A stretch of DNA of 64,000 nt from Octopus bimaculoides (GCF_001194135.2 NC_068997.1:6713387-6777386); one strand, 5' to 3'. Positions 1 to 13,800 are shown, numbered from the stretch's first letter. A program made the numbers and translations. Notes: generated by a model from the sequence alone, not told the origin.

Positions 1-99
1 GCTTGGCTTTACTCCAGAAGTGTTTTTGCAATTCTTGGTTTCTGGAAATCTAATGCTTCAGTTGTCTCTGAAGCATTCTTTGTAAATATTTGGAGCTTC

Positions 100-849
100 C
101 TGAAGATATTTGTATTCATTCACCATGATTTGACATCCTATAATTTGATGGATTTGATGTTGCAATCCTAAATCTTCAGTTAACATGGCTGGGCAGAAGC
201 TCTTCCAAATCTCACTTCTGTACCTCATATTGTGGACAGCACGTTTCCTAAGCATGTAAAAGGTTTCGCTTCATTTCTATATGCGATTTTTAACCATGAT
301 GGATCCAGGGTTACTATTTTGAATTTCTGTGATCTCTGTTTTCCCAGCATTAACCCACAGTCCAATTTTTACTGCTATCTTGTTAAATTAATCTGTCTTT
401 CATTGCAAATCTTGAATATTCTGGGTTATGTCTGTATTGTCTGGGATATATCTGCACTTGTGCCTGCTCTATGCCTGTTCTTTTACCATTGTATTTCAAT
501 ATCATCTAGAAAATCGTTGGTAATGGACTTCTTGCTTCATTCCAAATTTTACCTCAAAAGGTTTCCACAATCTCTCATTGTATATCACTTGATAATGAAT
601 ATCCTTGTTGAATGATCTTAATGAGTAGGGTGGTGATACAGAGTGCATGTCAGATCAATCCAAAGCATTCTTGAAATCATTGGAGAACAAAGGGAGCTTA
701 CCATTCCTGCAGCTGTTCATGATAATCTGGAGTGTATGAATCTGGTCACTAGGATTTATCCTTCCTAATTCCTGTTTGTGCTCTTCAGCAAGTTTTAGTC
801 TCCCAAGAATGATCCTTGTGAGTAGCTTGCTGAATATTGAAAAGCACAA
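100..849 (-). mobile_element. Decayed RTE-like LINE reverse transcriptase fragment
   Basis: SIFSKLLTRIILGRLK..SDQIHTLQIIM..LPLFSNDFKNALD resembles non-LTR RT motifs (DQI.TLRII / F.DF.KAFD). Contains stops and frameshifts. Confidence 0.7.
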
Positions 850-859
850 TACTCACTAG

Positions 860-1000
860 GTTTTCTATTTTTCAGCAGTTTCACCAGACAGTTGTTCTTT
901 CATTTGATGGGCAGTCTGAGTATGTTAACATACCTTCAGATGTAGGGACTGTGGTAGCCCTATTTTGTAGGGGCTATGGTAGCCTGTATTGCAAACATTT
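860..1000 (+). mobile_element. Short LINE RT fragment in the opposite orientation
   Basis: QQFHQTVVLSFDGQSEYVNIPSDV resembles RTE ..FH....V.FDG..S..F.I.SGVKQG. Confidence 0.4.
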
Positions 1001-2604
1001 AAATGAATGTAAATGTCACTGGATATTTGCAGCACAACAGTAAAGTTGTACATGCAAAGAAAGAATTAGTTTTGTTTTTTGATAAAGATACCCCAAACAC
1101 ACTGTTACAATAATTACGAGTAATAAATGTTTCTATAAACGACTCAAATAAAAACTTAGCTTCTGTTTTCTGACAACAAGTGTTCTGAGGCTTTTTAAAG
1201 ATAAGGCTTACACTTACACGTGTGCTCTTTAATGATAACATAATGAGTAGATAGTACTGCCTGTATCAAACTTATTACATTTCCTGCATTCTGTAATGTA
1301 TGCTGAGTAATTGCTAAACATTTGACAGGATTTCCATATTTAGTCTGGACTGCAAATCCATTTTTTAAGCAGGCATAGATAGCTTTTAAGGAAAAGTCCT
1401 ACAGTGAAAAGTATGTTTAGCCCATCTAATCACATTGATTCACTAGCAATTATGTATAACTTACAAGACCTTATAAGTAATTTTAATTAAATGTTTTAAG
1501 TGAATAATTGGGGTGGGTGGGAGATTAACTGCATTTAAATGTTTTTCTAAAATTTATATTACTCTCAAAGACGATATTACTACTTTCAAACTTCAAAAGC
1601 TATCTGTACAGACAAAAGATTTAAAAACTTGCTTCATTAACTACTAGCTTAAAAGTCACACTCTGTATGGACTTTTAAGATAGCTCCTGTGGGGCTGCAG
1701 CTCAAAGCTAAAGAGAGCTAAATAGCATGACTATAATACGTCTATAATGACTATATGCTCCAGTGGTGTTTGATCAGAGGTTAAGGGCAGATAAGAATTA
1801 ACTCTGTAATGCAATCATTCTATTGTTCCAGTCCCAAGTTGAATTCCAACTGTTGGCCAATTTGTCCCAAAGTTCTTATCTTGACGTAAAATTACAGAGA
1901 ATGTCATTTATCCCCCACTTGATCTCTGACATCATCTGACAAACACCTACCAAGATGGCGTGAATCAGCTTAGCTTTACCAGCTAGAAATAGCAACCCAA
2001 ACACTTTTAAATCAGATCCCAATGTTGGATGTTCAAGAACCAGGTGAAAGGCAAATTTTCAATCCTGGGATCATACTGATTCCCAAAATAGTATATGTCT
2101 ATGTAGAGCAAATATAGACTGAGATACAGGGGTCCCAGCTGGACAGACAGAATTTTGCTTCTATTATTATGGAAGAGGTACATTTCAGACTTTTCAGTAA
2201 ATAAATGAGGCTAAAAAGTGATTTAGCTGGCTGTCATAAATAGTGATGAAAAGCAAATTTGTTCAAAGTGCAAATATGCTCTCTAATATATGTGCTCATC
2301 TGAGATAAAGATATATAAAAGACACATGCCCCCCCACCCCCATAACTCAACACATTTAACTGTGACAAATACTTTAACCTGTGACCTTGACGTTAACAGA
2401 CAAAATCTATATTAAAGATACAGTATCTGATTTTATAAAGTAAGCTACTATATCTCTATGAATAATTGATTTTAAATAACAATATAACTTGGTGACTTGG
2501 TTCTATTTTTAAACTTTATTGAAACACTAAAACAGTGCAAAGATTGTTTCTAAAGAGATTTTGGAACTAAAACCATCAACAGTAAACAAATATCAATCAC
2601 TTAC

Positions 2605-2663
2605 CAACTTTAAGTCTGGAACAGCTCTACTCAATGTCCATTCCTGACTATTCACAAAGGAAT
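2605..2663 (-). CDS. AGAP1: AGAP1/AGAP3-like coding exon 2 (59 nt)
   Basis: ctttcag|ATTCCTTTGTGAATAGTCAGGAATGGACATTGAGTAGAGCTGTTCCAGACTTAAAGTTG|gtaagt. Joined to exon 1 (G+AT) it gives DSFVNSQEWTLSRAVPDLKL, matching AGAP1 DAFVNSQEWTLSRSVPELKV just before the GTPase-like domain. Splice phases are compatible. Confidence 0.95.
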
Positions 2664-3737
2664 CTGAAAGGAAAATATGAAATAATTTTGAAATATTCAT
2701 AAAAAGAAGAATAAGCTAAAGAATTATTATATATTATTTCTGAGTGTTATTTCTAGACTAAAACTGTCTGAAGAACCAATAGCTTCCTATGGAGATATAC
2801 ATCTAAAAACCATCCTAGATCATTAACAATATTCAGAGAAAACATCTTATGAAGCTAATTTTATTGTGAGCACTTCAAGTGGTCTCCAGCAGTTGCAGAA
2901 ATAACTGACACATCTCATTCATAAGTCAATCAAATCTAGTGATAATGATCACACTTCACAGATAAGATCTCTCTGATGTAGGAAAAAAAAAAATCAATGG
3001 TAGACATTTGGGAATTAAACAAAATAACAACATCCTCTCTGAACTTGTACAAAACATCAAATGATATTGGTGAGGGAATAAACCATGTACTATAATCATG
3101 GACACTTCTTCATGTAAAACTAATTCAAAACACAATTCAATTTAGACTTCTTCTACATGTTACATAACATTTAAAATATCAGCATATATTTCTAATCTTG
3201 ATAACTTTAGAAAATCCAGTTTTTCACTATATACATCAGTGAAAATGATTAGAGACAATATTTTTTTTTTTTTTGAGGTTGCAATTACCATATTTGATGA
3301 GGCTATTGAAATTTCTGAAAGCCCTACAGCACATTCTTTCAACAAAAGTCATATAGATTAACAATTTCATCTTAACAAATTGAGCGATATTGTGGAAGTT
3401 CACCAAAATTAATTCAGATTCATTTTCAATAGTGGTGCCGCATTTTCAGGGATCACCTAAAACACTGCTCACAAAAATTGTTAAAGGAAGTGTAATGCTA
3501 ATGAAACATTACTCTCATTTACTAAAGTTTGAGCACTTTTTTAATTTAGTGTTTTCATGCTGAAAGTTTACATACAACAATAGTGTCATATATAATGTTG
3601 ATGCTAGATGATACTAATCAGCTTTTGTTATGTACAAATGTCACAATAGCAACACTTAAATATAACACTCCTATTTCTCACAGCTGCCACCATCATTATG
3701 AAACACAGAGTAACAATTTGTCAAGCTTTTCTGTAAT

Positions 3738-3738
<1 letters not shown>

Positions 3739-3787
<49 letters not shown>
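3739..3787. repeat. (GATA)n microsatellite
   Basis: About 12 perfect GATA units. Confidence 0.95.
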
Positions 3788-4121
3788 GAAGTAAACATAA
3801 GAGATGTTTTGCTCTACATAAAAACTGCAGGGTCTACTCAAAGGTTTTTGCAAGCTCAATTAATTCCATTGCAATGTTGGAAACCCTTCTATATTGTCAA
3901 AAGGTATCTCAGGATCACAACTGTTTCACCCCTAAGCCTGTATGCTTCACCTGAGTGGGGCAGCAAGGAATGAATTTGTTTTCATCCACACAAGAGTTAC
4001 ACTTGCTGTCTCTTATCAACCATAGCCACCTTGTACAAAGTATCAGCTGCTGTGCCNNNNNNNNNNNNNNNNNNNNNNNNNNNNNNNNNNNNNNNNNNNN
4101 NNNNTATATATATATATATAT

Positions 4122-5013
4122 ATAAGTTCCAAAATATAAACAAACACAACAAAGGAACAAATGGAAAATTCACACAGGAGGCAGGACATCACCGATTCCC
4201 CATCAGTTATTGTCCAAAAGATCCTTACAATTTCACACCTTTAACAATAATATTGTCACAGGAAGCTGCTGGGAATAATGAATAAATGTTGGGGACAGTG
4301 ATGAAAACAAATATGACACGAATGTGAATATACAAAGAAAATAAAATAAATAGACATTATACAAGCAAAATAAGGCCAAGAATCTCTAAGGCAAGACAAA
4401 TATGCAAAAGAAATGGAAATGTCGTATAGAACTGGAAATGAAAAACAGGAACAAATGGGAAACCAGGAAGAAAGGGGGGGGGGCGAACACAAACTATGTT
4501 GAAAGTAGAGGAGGAGACAAGGGAAACATGACTGATCAAGTCAACAGTTAGGCAAGAACGGATATGGAAGAGAGGGATGAGAATGGTTATGGGTCACATG
4601 GCAGTGGAGGGAGTGAGGAAAAGTGGAGGAGGGCACAGAGAGAGAGAGCAACAGGGAGGAAAGTTGGTGGGAGAGAGAGAGAGAGAGAGAGAGCAACAGG
4701 GAGGAAAGTTGGTGGGAGGGGAGAGAGAGAGCAACAGGGAGGAAAGTTGGTGGGAGAGGAGAGGAAGGCAAAAGAGAGGAAAAAAAGAAGAGAGAGAAAT
4801 ATATGTCACACAAAAAATATTCAACTGAAGAGGTAAAAATAAGCAAGGGTGTGTAGCTTTACATCAAATAATAAGTTTCAAAATTTAAATAGAAAAACAA
4901 CAAAGGAACAAACAGAAAATTCACATATGAGACAGGACGACCTTGCTAATTCCTCCTCAGTTACCCTTCAAAAGATCCTTACTATTTCATGCCTTTAAAG
5001 ATGATATTGTACA
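4122..5013. repeat. Pair of about 140-nt diverged direct repeats (4122-4259, 4871-5013); third copy near 59955-60080
   Basis: Shared caaaggaacaaa..gaaaattcaca..aaaagatccttac.atttca..ccttta...gat.atattgt core. Confidence 0.75.
4648..4756. repeat. Three copies of a 26-nt purine-rich unit with (GA)n spacers
   Basis: gcaacagggaggaaagttggtgggag at 4648, 4693 and 4731. Confidence 0.9.
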
Positions 5014-6277
5014 CTTTTGGTGGCATCAACAATGAGAAGCTGTTGCAAATAGCAAATTAACGTTTGAGTGAGACATACTTATAAATATGAACTTCACTCA
5101 TTTTTTTTTTTTTTGTATTGTAATTTGCATAATGTTACACTTATCATTTGCAATGAAATATTCTTATTATATTAGAAATCAATATTTTACATCTATTATA
5201 TGTTTCTAGGAGTTTGATTTACAATTGTCAGCTGATTTATTCTAGAATATGTACATACTAACAGATTGGATTCTGATGAGGAATTTTTATTTCTAAACTA
5301 AATGTAATAATGTTCCTATCCTCAAGGCTACCATACGTATGTGAGTTAAGTAACATGCTAATATTCAAGGCTAATGCATCTGATGATGATTGGCACTGAA
5401 ACCATTCAAAATGGAGATGCAAATATTGATTCATAACATATATAAAAATGTTTCGTGTCTAAAAATAAGGTTAACAGCCTGAAAACTTATCAACTTTGGA
5501 AAAACATCTCATCTCAAGCATTTAATCATTTGTAATTCACCAGCTGAAATAGTTTTAAGCTTTTTATAAATTGGGAATCTTAACTTTCTACTAGAAATCA
5601 GTTTGTAATCTACCTTTAGATTTTGTATTTTAGAGTCTATTTTTTGTCATAATATAAATTTCTTTGCTATTTTATACAACTAAGTTAATTTCTTTTTACC
5701 CAAGGTTTTTTTTAAAATTCTTACGATACATGTAACAACTAGTTGCAGTTAGTTGAATCCCTTCTAATGCTACCATAAAGAACAATGGTTGTACAGTTTT
5801 TGTTTGTTGAGAGATGAGATGTAGCAAACAAAATCCTAAGTAGTCAACCTTAATTAAAATATCTTTTAGTTCATTGTGACCTTGAAAAGTTTCGATCACA
5901 TACAAGGCAAATACCAAAGAGTAGGGGTGGGAGAGGAGGTTGCTTTCTACTAATGTAAACTATAGAGAAAAAAGATAATCTTTAAGGTAGCTCTGACAAG
6001 AACTTGTCTAATCACAGAGGATTAATGTTGTCAAATCTATTTGTGAAGCAAGGGATATAAGATCAATTTGCTATAAATCATTTCTCTGTTTTATAAACTT
6101 CAGGAACAAATATAGTAAGTCACTCTGTGTGTTTACTACAGTCACCTGCATCTTTAAATTAAAATGCCGCCCCCCCCCCCACTCTCTGTCTCTCTCTTTT
6201 AAAAATTATGAATTGGCAAAGATATTAAAAAGAGTACAATCATAACAGTGCAGTCTCAAAATATAATATTAGTAATA

Positions 6278-6560
6278 GGCACAGATGTGGCTGTGTGGTT
6301 GAGAAGCTTGTTTCCCAACTATGTGGTTTCAGGCTCAGTCCACTGCACGGTAACATGACCAAGTGTTTTCTATTATAGCCCTGGGCTGGCCGAAGCCTTA
6401 TGAGTAGATTTAGTAGATGGAAACTAAAAGAAGCCCAATTGTTAAATGTGTGTGTGTACGTCCTTGTCTTATCATAGAATGGCTGTAAACAAGCGTAATT
6501 GTCATACAAGTAATCTCCTGTGAAAAACATGTCTGGTCATGAGTAAATATCACTTTGCTT
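6278..6560 (+). mobile_element. tRNA-headed SINE, diverged (same family as 59400-59805)
   Basis: ggcacagatgtggctgtgtggttgagaagc head with A/B-box remnants; body gccttatgagtagatttagtagatggaaactaaaagaagccc. Confidence 0.8.
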
Positions 6561-7214
6561 TGAAACATGAGCATTTGGCTATAGAAGAAAAGTGGACGTA
6601 ATAATGATATTACATTTTAAAACAGCTGCAAGGCACACCCTCGCTCAAGTAACCTAAGCTATACATGTCATGTAATTTTCAATGAGTAAAACCTCTTGAC
6701 AACTTAAAAAGAGGTTTAGATAAATGTATAAAGCTTTTCAGGTTCAATAATTGTATTATAATATGTAGAGAAGCATGAAAGACAAGAGAAATAAATTAAA
6801 AAAAACAGTAAGATGAGGCATTTGTTAATCCTCAATTTTTCAATAGCATTCAGAGGCCAGAGCTACACTCAGTCATCTACAAGAATAAATAGGAAATCAA
6901 TATTATGCAAAATAAGCAAAAGCACTTGTCCGTGGCAAATATATGAAATTCCAGATCAACTTTAGATGCAGAATTCTGATAAGAGTGAATCAGAAAAGAC
7001 TACAGGCTCTGTGATGATTTGCAGGAAGAAGTAGATAAGTTGTGTGTTACTCAGATAAAGTAATTACAGCTAAAAGTAGAACCAGCAATAGGGATCATGT
7101 CTCAAGAGCAAAGTGGGAGAAAGAAATTCAAAGAATTGGCATAGTTGTTGAATGGAAATGTTCTCCCTAAACAGAAGGATCCCTTCTTGGTACAACAAAT
7201 GCAGAAACACTTGT

Positions 7215-7312
7215 AGCAGCTGAGCCTGGCACAGCCACTGGCTCTCCAGACCTCAGTCAAACCGTCCAACCCATGCCAGCATGGAAAACAGACATTAAAC
7301 AATGATGATGAG
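7215..7312 (+). mobile_element. RTE LINE/SINE 3' tail
   Basis: cagtcaaaccgtccaacccatgccagcatggaaaacagacattaaacaatgatgatg, shared with many copies in the window. Confidence 0.8.
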
Positions 7313-10300
7313 GATTCTCTTGAGTATGAAAATAAACTTAAGAGGTAGGCCAAGTGCAACAAAAGTTACTTGGCATTTGAAGCATTAACTGCAGGGTTCT
7401 TGTAATGTAGAACAAATGTACAATATAGAACAAATGTACAATATAGAAAAAATATATGACAGATAAGAAAATGCTTCAGCCATCACCAGTCATTCCTTTT
7501 TAAAAAAATTCAAAAGTAAATACCAAAAGTGTTTTCAATTTACAGAGAATTTAGTTCTCATACAAAAACAATATTGAATCAACAAAAAAAAAACCTAAAA
7601 AAAAATGTAAAAACCTTCAAATTAAAGAGGTCAGAATATGAACAAGAGAGAAACATCAAGGACTTGGAATAAGGTAATCAAGATCAATTGTAAAACATAG
7701 TGCGGCACTCAGATGAAGTTGTCCAGACCAATTAATGCCAACATGAAAAAGAAAAAAAGCTTTCCTACCACACTTGAGTGAGTTGAATCAATGAAAGCCT
7801 TTTTAAATGAATACTAAAAGAATAATATACTTATTCCAATTATTAGTGTTTTATTAATTAAAAAAAAATATAAAAGACAGGGTATAACAATTAAGAATGT
7901 AATTCTTTAACAGCAATAATTTTTTTCTTTTACTTAATTTAAAAAAATTTTCATTTTATTCTTTTATTTTCTATGTGAAATAAAAATCAATGCTTATTAC
8001 AAAATAACGATTTGAAATCCAACATATTTTAAGTCCCTTGTAGAAATATGGGAAATATGTAAATGAATTTTCATGAGTTGAATAGAGAAACTGGAATTTA
8101 AAATGATCTCACTGGATAGAGATAATCTACAGCAAATACTTTCAATGGATGTAGGCTGCTAATAGAAGAGCTAAATACACTTTTGTACTTAGCAAGAGAA
8201 GGTCAAACTTAAATCGATTTGCTAACAGCCAACAAATTATGTTAGCAAGTGAAACATAAAAATTATTTGATTAAGTCAAGAGATTATACAATAAGTCAGG
8301 AATTTGCTGATAAAGTTAAAAAGACACGTCAGTTTCAACAAAGATGTTTAACAGATCAACAACAACAACAACAACATTTAAATGTATTTCTCTAGGATAA
8401 ACTAGAGATGTCAATAAAAACAACAAACTGAATTATATAACAGAATAACAACCCTCAAAAAATTCATTCTGGAAAATGATAAAACTAGTAAGGAACAAGG
8501 AAAACATAGGCTGTGGTTTTTCTAACCATTAAGTCATTATATTTTTGATTAATTAGCTAAATATAGTTCAAAGATTTAATCTAAACTTCAGATATTGTTA
8601 CCTACATTTCTAATTAGATAAAATAGATCATATGTCAATCTATAAATGGAGATTTTGTTGTTCATTTATAAGTCACAACAATAAAGTAGCAAAATTATGA
8701 TAATGTCTAAAAATAATTATAAAGGAAGTGTCAACAAATTTCAATGGTAACTTCTAAAAAAAAAAAAACTTACAAATAAAATATCAACATGATAAGCCCT
8801 CTTTTATGATTTAACAACAGCATATATGATAAAATGAGCTTATTTACATTTCAGCAAACTTTTAATATTGTGAAATTAATCAGATATTCCACAAGGGTAT
8901 TGAAATAATTAAAATAACTAAATCAATGAAGAGAATATTAAAATAATGCCTAATAGTGGGAAACAAAAGAGTTGTTAAAATTAGTAATAAAAAGTCTTGT
9001 AAACAACAAATTCTATTTTGACATGGTACAAGTTTGTTGATTTATCATTTCATATCATTGTACACTGCTGCAGGCCCAAGTTAGTCTTTTTCTTTCTTTC
9101 TATTTACAAATATTCACGTCAAGACTATTAATACTTAGCTTTTTCACACAACAACTAAAATATTGATTTAAAACACTGGCACAAATATGTACCACTGGTA
9201 CATATCTTATTAACCAGACAAGTGGAAGCAAAGCAGGCTCTGACAGAATTTTAACTCAGCATGCAAATGTTACGCAGGATTTCATCTGATGTTCTACCAG
9301 ACCTGCCATATCATTACCCACAACTCTTCCTCTTCAGACTTCACAAATTCAAATATTTCTTTGCTGTGACATCTGCATTTCCAAATAAAGACAGCATCAA
9401 ATCTATTTTATAAGTAAATGAATTTGAATAAACAGAACACATTTTGCATAAGGGACAGTATGATCTGATTACTCAGCTAACAGCACTTAAATTGCAAATA
9501 TTAAATTTGCCAATCTGTAGAGTAGGACTATTTACATAGAGTACAGGTGCCAGAAGGGTTAGAGAAAACAGTTTGGTAACAAGCCCACCACAGCCACTAA
9601 CTTGGCTAATTACAGATATTGAACAACCTATGAATTCTGGTTTCTTCCTTCGTTTCCCTTGCAATGTCAAATGGTCAACAAAAGTTACTGACACTACCTG
9701 TCCTCCTCTAAGCCATTACTTATTTCATTTTTTTTTTAAAGTTACATTCAGTAAGTAGATAGGCATGTTAGGTTAAGCTAAATTTGTAAACATTGGTTTC
9801 AAGCAGGTTATAGGCTCATTCTGTTGTATCCTTCCCATGTTCCAATCAAACTAGCTACAAACTAGAAATGGGATTCAGTAAATAAAGCTTTTGTTTTTTG
9901 GAACATATGAAAAAGGGCAATGCTCTTTTGTTTTCCTTTCATTTAACATCATTTCATGCAGATGCCTTTTGTAAATTACAATTAAATAATTTTAGAAAAC
10001 ATTGTTAAAAAGTTATTAAAATAAGACAAAGCAAAGGAAAATATGCTTCCTATAAATATTTTAACCACTAGTTTAACATCTGCTTTATTTCTTTCTAATT
10101 AGACTTCATAATGTTAAATGATTCATAAAATTAACATCTGGCTAGGAATCTGTACCATTTACTTACACTATCTACAGATTTAATAGCATTTAACTCGCTT
10201 CTTTGCTCTATCAATTTTAATATCATTCCAATTTTCTGCTCTTCATAATGAAACTCAATCCATCAAATTAACCCTCGTACCAGCTTATGTCAACGACACC

Positions 10301-10378
10301 ATTCTTCATTTGGAGACATCTCTGCTACCATTTGCTTCCATAAGATATTTATAGAACATCATTGGCATATCATGACAC

Positions 10379-10408
<30 letters not shown>

Positions 10409-10410
<2 letters not shown>

Positions 10411-10835
10411 GAGCACCATCCGAGGGTGATTGTTGCCAGGGCTGCTGACCGGCTCCCGTGCCGGTGGCATGTAAAGTGCACTATTCAAACGTGATCATTA
10501 CCAGTGTTGCCTTACTGGCACGTGAAAAACAACATTCAAGCAAGGTCGTTGCCAGTGCCGCTGGACTGGATCCTGTGCAGGTGGCAAGTAAAAAACACCA
10601 TTCAAGCGTGGCTGTTGCCAGTACCGCCTGACTGGCCCTTGTGCTAGCAGCACGAATAAAGCACCCACTACAGTCTCAAAGTGGTTGGTGTTAGGAAGGG
10701 CATCCAGCTGTAGAAACTCTGCCAGATCAGATTGGAGCCTGGTGTAGCCATCTGGTTCACCAGTCCTCAGTCAAATCGTCCAACCCATGCCAGCATGGAA
10801 AGCAGATGTTAAACGATGATGATGATGATGATGAT
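10409..10835 (+). mobile_element. RTE LINE 3' UTR fragment with four internal hairpin repeat units
   Basis: Four 51-66-nt units followed by the conserved ..ccaacccatgccagcatggaaag..aaacgatgatgat tail. Confidence 0.85.
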
Positions 10836-13800
10836 TTCAGGAAAGAACCTAGTTACACCCTTACTTCTGATGAATTATCCATAATTTAAATGAAACATTT
10901 TCACACATGCACTGACTTCAACAACCTTTGTAAGAGTCTATAAATTATTAACCTTTTTAAAATTACAGCAACATTTGGCTTTTTCAGAGTCAGAAAGTAT
11001 TTCACTCCAAGCCTCTATCTGTATTCTACAATGTCTAAGTGCATCCTACAAAGAAATACAGCTCTCAGTATATGACTGGCATCTCAGACAATATTCAAAT
11101 GAAAGCTATTTAATTTGTAAGGTAGGAAATGGTTCACTTTGTGATGCAATGTCTAACAGGCACTCTCTGTCAATGAAATTCGGAAACTGCCCTCAGTGTT
11201 TTATTCTCTCAGTTTGAAACACTTGAAAATTATGTACCTTCTACTTTAGGAAATTTGATACCGACATGTGTATCTGTAAATATGATATTATTAATTCCTT
11301 ATTAATTCCACATCTTCCTGGCTTCTTAATTCTTTACTTCTTGATTTTGTAAATTATTCCCTCATAACATCACCTATCTTCTACAAAGACAAATCTCAGA
11401 CAAACCCAGCCTATTTCTAACTAAAATTTCAATGATTTATTTTCAAAATTTTGTCTCCAAAAATTCTTACTACACTACACATTATTTTATAAGAAATAAC
11501 TTAGTAACCAATATCTACATTTGAGTCTGTGCAAACTATAAACTTACTAAGCTTCTGGAACATTCTAATATTTAGCTAAATGTTCCTCAAATCTTTCTAT
11601 TGTTTTCAATCTCTCATGAACTTTAGCACAACCAATCTGTTAACTGCTTTCAATAAATGTGATTCAGTTTAAGACTATATACCCAGAAAACTTTGCAAAG
11701 TCAGGTGATTCTTAAACTTTGAAAGAATTGCATAAAATATTCTAAATAAAAAAAAAAAGTATCTTGAATCAATTTTGAAACAGAGTAGTAAAAATATTTC
11801 AAAAAGAGCTCTTGGTATGATCACACAACCAAAAAACCTTGATTGGTGTAATAATTAAATTATGACGAAACACAAGAAACAAAAACATTTGTATTATCTG
11901 AGAAAAAATTATTGACATACATAATGTAAGTGAACATTTGCAAAGACGATGCAAAGAATAAAGAATTTGTGAACTGTAGAAATCTGTATGACCAAATGAT
12001 TGGATGAGAGAGAGAGAAGGGGGGAGGGAGGGGTGCATAGCTATTCCTAAGAAAAATATTCTAAAATGTTTTGTAGTTCAATGGCAAAATATAAGCAATA
12101 TATTCAGAAGGCGTGCAGTAGTTAAAGTAAGTTAATTAGAGTATTATGGAAATTGATGTAAAATTAACCAAAAGTTTGGTTTGGATTTAAAATAATAATA
12201 ATAATAATAATAAAATATCAAATTCTGGACAAATGAGCTAAAAATAAATAATATTCCCACATCAATTTCCATNNNNNNNNNNNNNNNNNNNNNNNNNNNN
12301 NNNNNNNNNNNNNNNNNNNNNNNNNNNNNNNNNNNNNNNNNNNNNNNNNNNNNNNNNNNNNNNNNNNNNNNNNNNNNNGGGGGGGGGGGGGGAATTAACC
12401 TAATATTTTAAATAGTATTAGCTTTGATAAAAAATGATGACTGGAAGAACAATAATTAGAACGATGATGATAATGAATTATAGCGACAAATAGTTAGAAA
12501 AGAATCTACAAAAAATTGGAGACACTTATAACAGCATGAAAAAAAATTAAACAGACAAAAATTAGTTTTAACCAACTTGATAATCTCAAATAGGAAATGC
12601 AAGCTCTAGCAATTCACCAATTTATCAGATTTTTAAGATAAAGAAGCTTCTGTATCATAAGAACATCCTTCAGAATTTAGAAATGTTAATTTAAGGATTG
12701 GCACTCACACGAAAATAGTGGTATCTAAACATTTCAAGTTAAGGTGAAATTGAAAAGGCATTGAGAAAAACAAGAAATTAAATCATCCTAATATTTTAGA
12801 AAAATATAATTATAAAATGCATCTGTGCAAAAAAATATATATATATATTTCTTAGTAATTTCTAATCAGTAAAATGTATATGTGTGTACTAGTTTTCAAA
12901 CTAATCAGTATTTAAATCGACAAATAAGGCATGAAGTGACACTGACAAAACAACCTCCCCCACCCCACCCAATTCTCAAAACCACATTTATATACGAAAA
13001 TCAAAGTACAGTACAACCATAGTTACACAGGCTGCAAAACAGACAATATTGCATTCTATAATAAATGACTGTATGAAACTAAGTGCCAATGCAAAACAAT
13101 GTACATTATAGTGAATGGAAAATAGGTCCTGGGCGACTGGTCTAATTCAACAACAAATAAAACACTTTTGTACCTTCATCACTGAACTTTGAACAATTTA
13201 AAACTCCAGTGGTGGTGAAAAATGTTTAAAGTTCCTGGTCCTTACCTCTGCCTCTCAGTTCCCTAATAATAACATATTAAATAATTGTTTGTATCACATG
13301 TACAAGGTTCATTGAAATTAAAGATACCATAGTTGGTACCATTGCTCTCTGTACTTTACAGAAGCTTTATTTTGTCAACCCCAGCAGCAAGATTGCTAAG
13401 CTTATTACAAGATCTTTTGCAACTGATATGACTAAACTTTGAAATGTCTACAAACAGTAAACAAAATCTGTCTCCAAGATGGTGTACTTTGTATTAGAGA
13501 TGAACTTAATAATAGCATTTTTTGACTTAGTTAAATTATGAAGTTTAAACTATTTCTTTTTATGCTGAAGTCTTATCCAAATTTTAACTAAAACAGTCTC
13601 TTTATCAATTTCTTTATGTCCAAAAAATCTGGGACATTCATATAACTGATATAAAAACAAACAATAGAATCATTTTTGAGTAGTTGGGTTTTTTTGTTTT
13701 TTTTCATATATATAAATTGTGACCAACAATATCTGTTAGAGATAAGACACGTCCCTGCACATCAGTCTTTCTTCAATGTGTGTCTTCTCATTTGGGTTTT

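Noticed and set aside
1-2604. AGAP exon 3 (GIVG..SGKSALVHRYLTG)
   Set aside because: Not found on the minus strand; it presumably lies outside the window.
9473-9758. Overlapping ORFs of 61-73 aa in unique intronic sequence
   Set aside because: No recognisable homology and no convincing pair of splice sites.
10409-10700. CRISPR-like look of the regularly spaced hairpin repeats
   Set aside because: Eukaryotic context, no unique spacers, no cas genes; the units are internal to a LINE 3' UTR.
13246-13262. Minus-strand 17-nt AG/GT-bounded candidate micro-exon with a strong donor (GAG|gtaagg)
   Set aside because: It would shift the AGAP frame, the acceptor is weak, and extending it upstream meets an in-frame stop.
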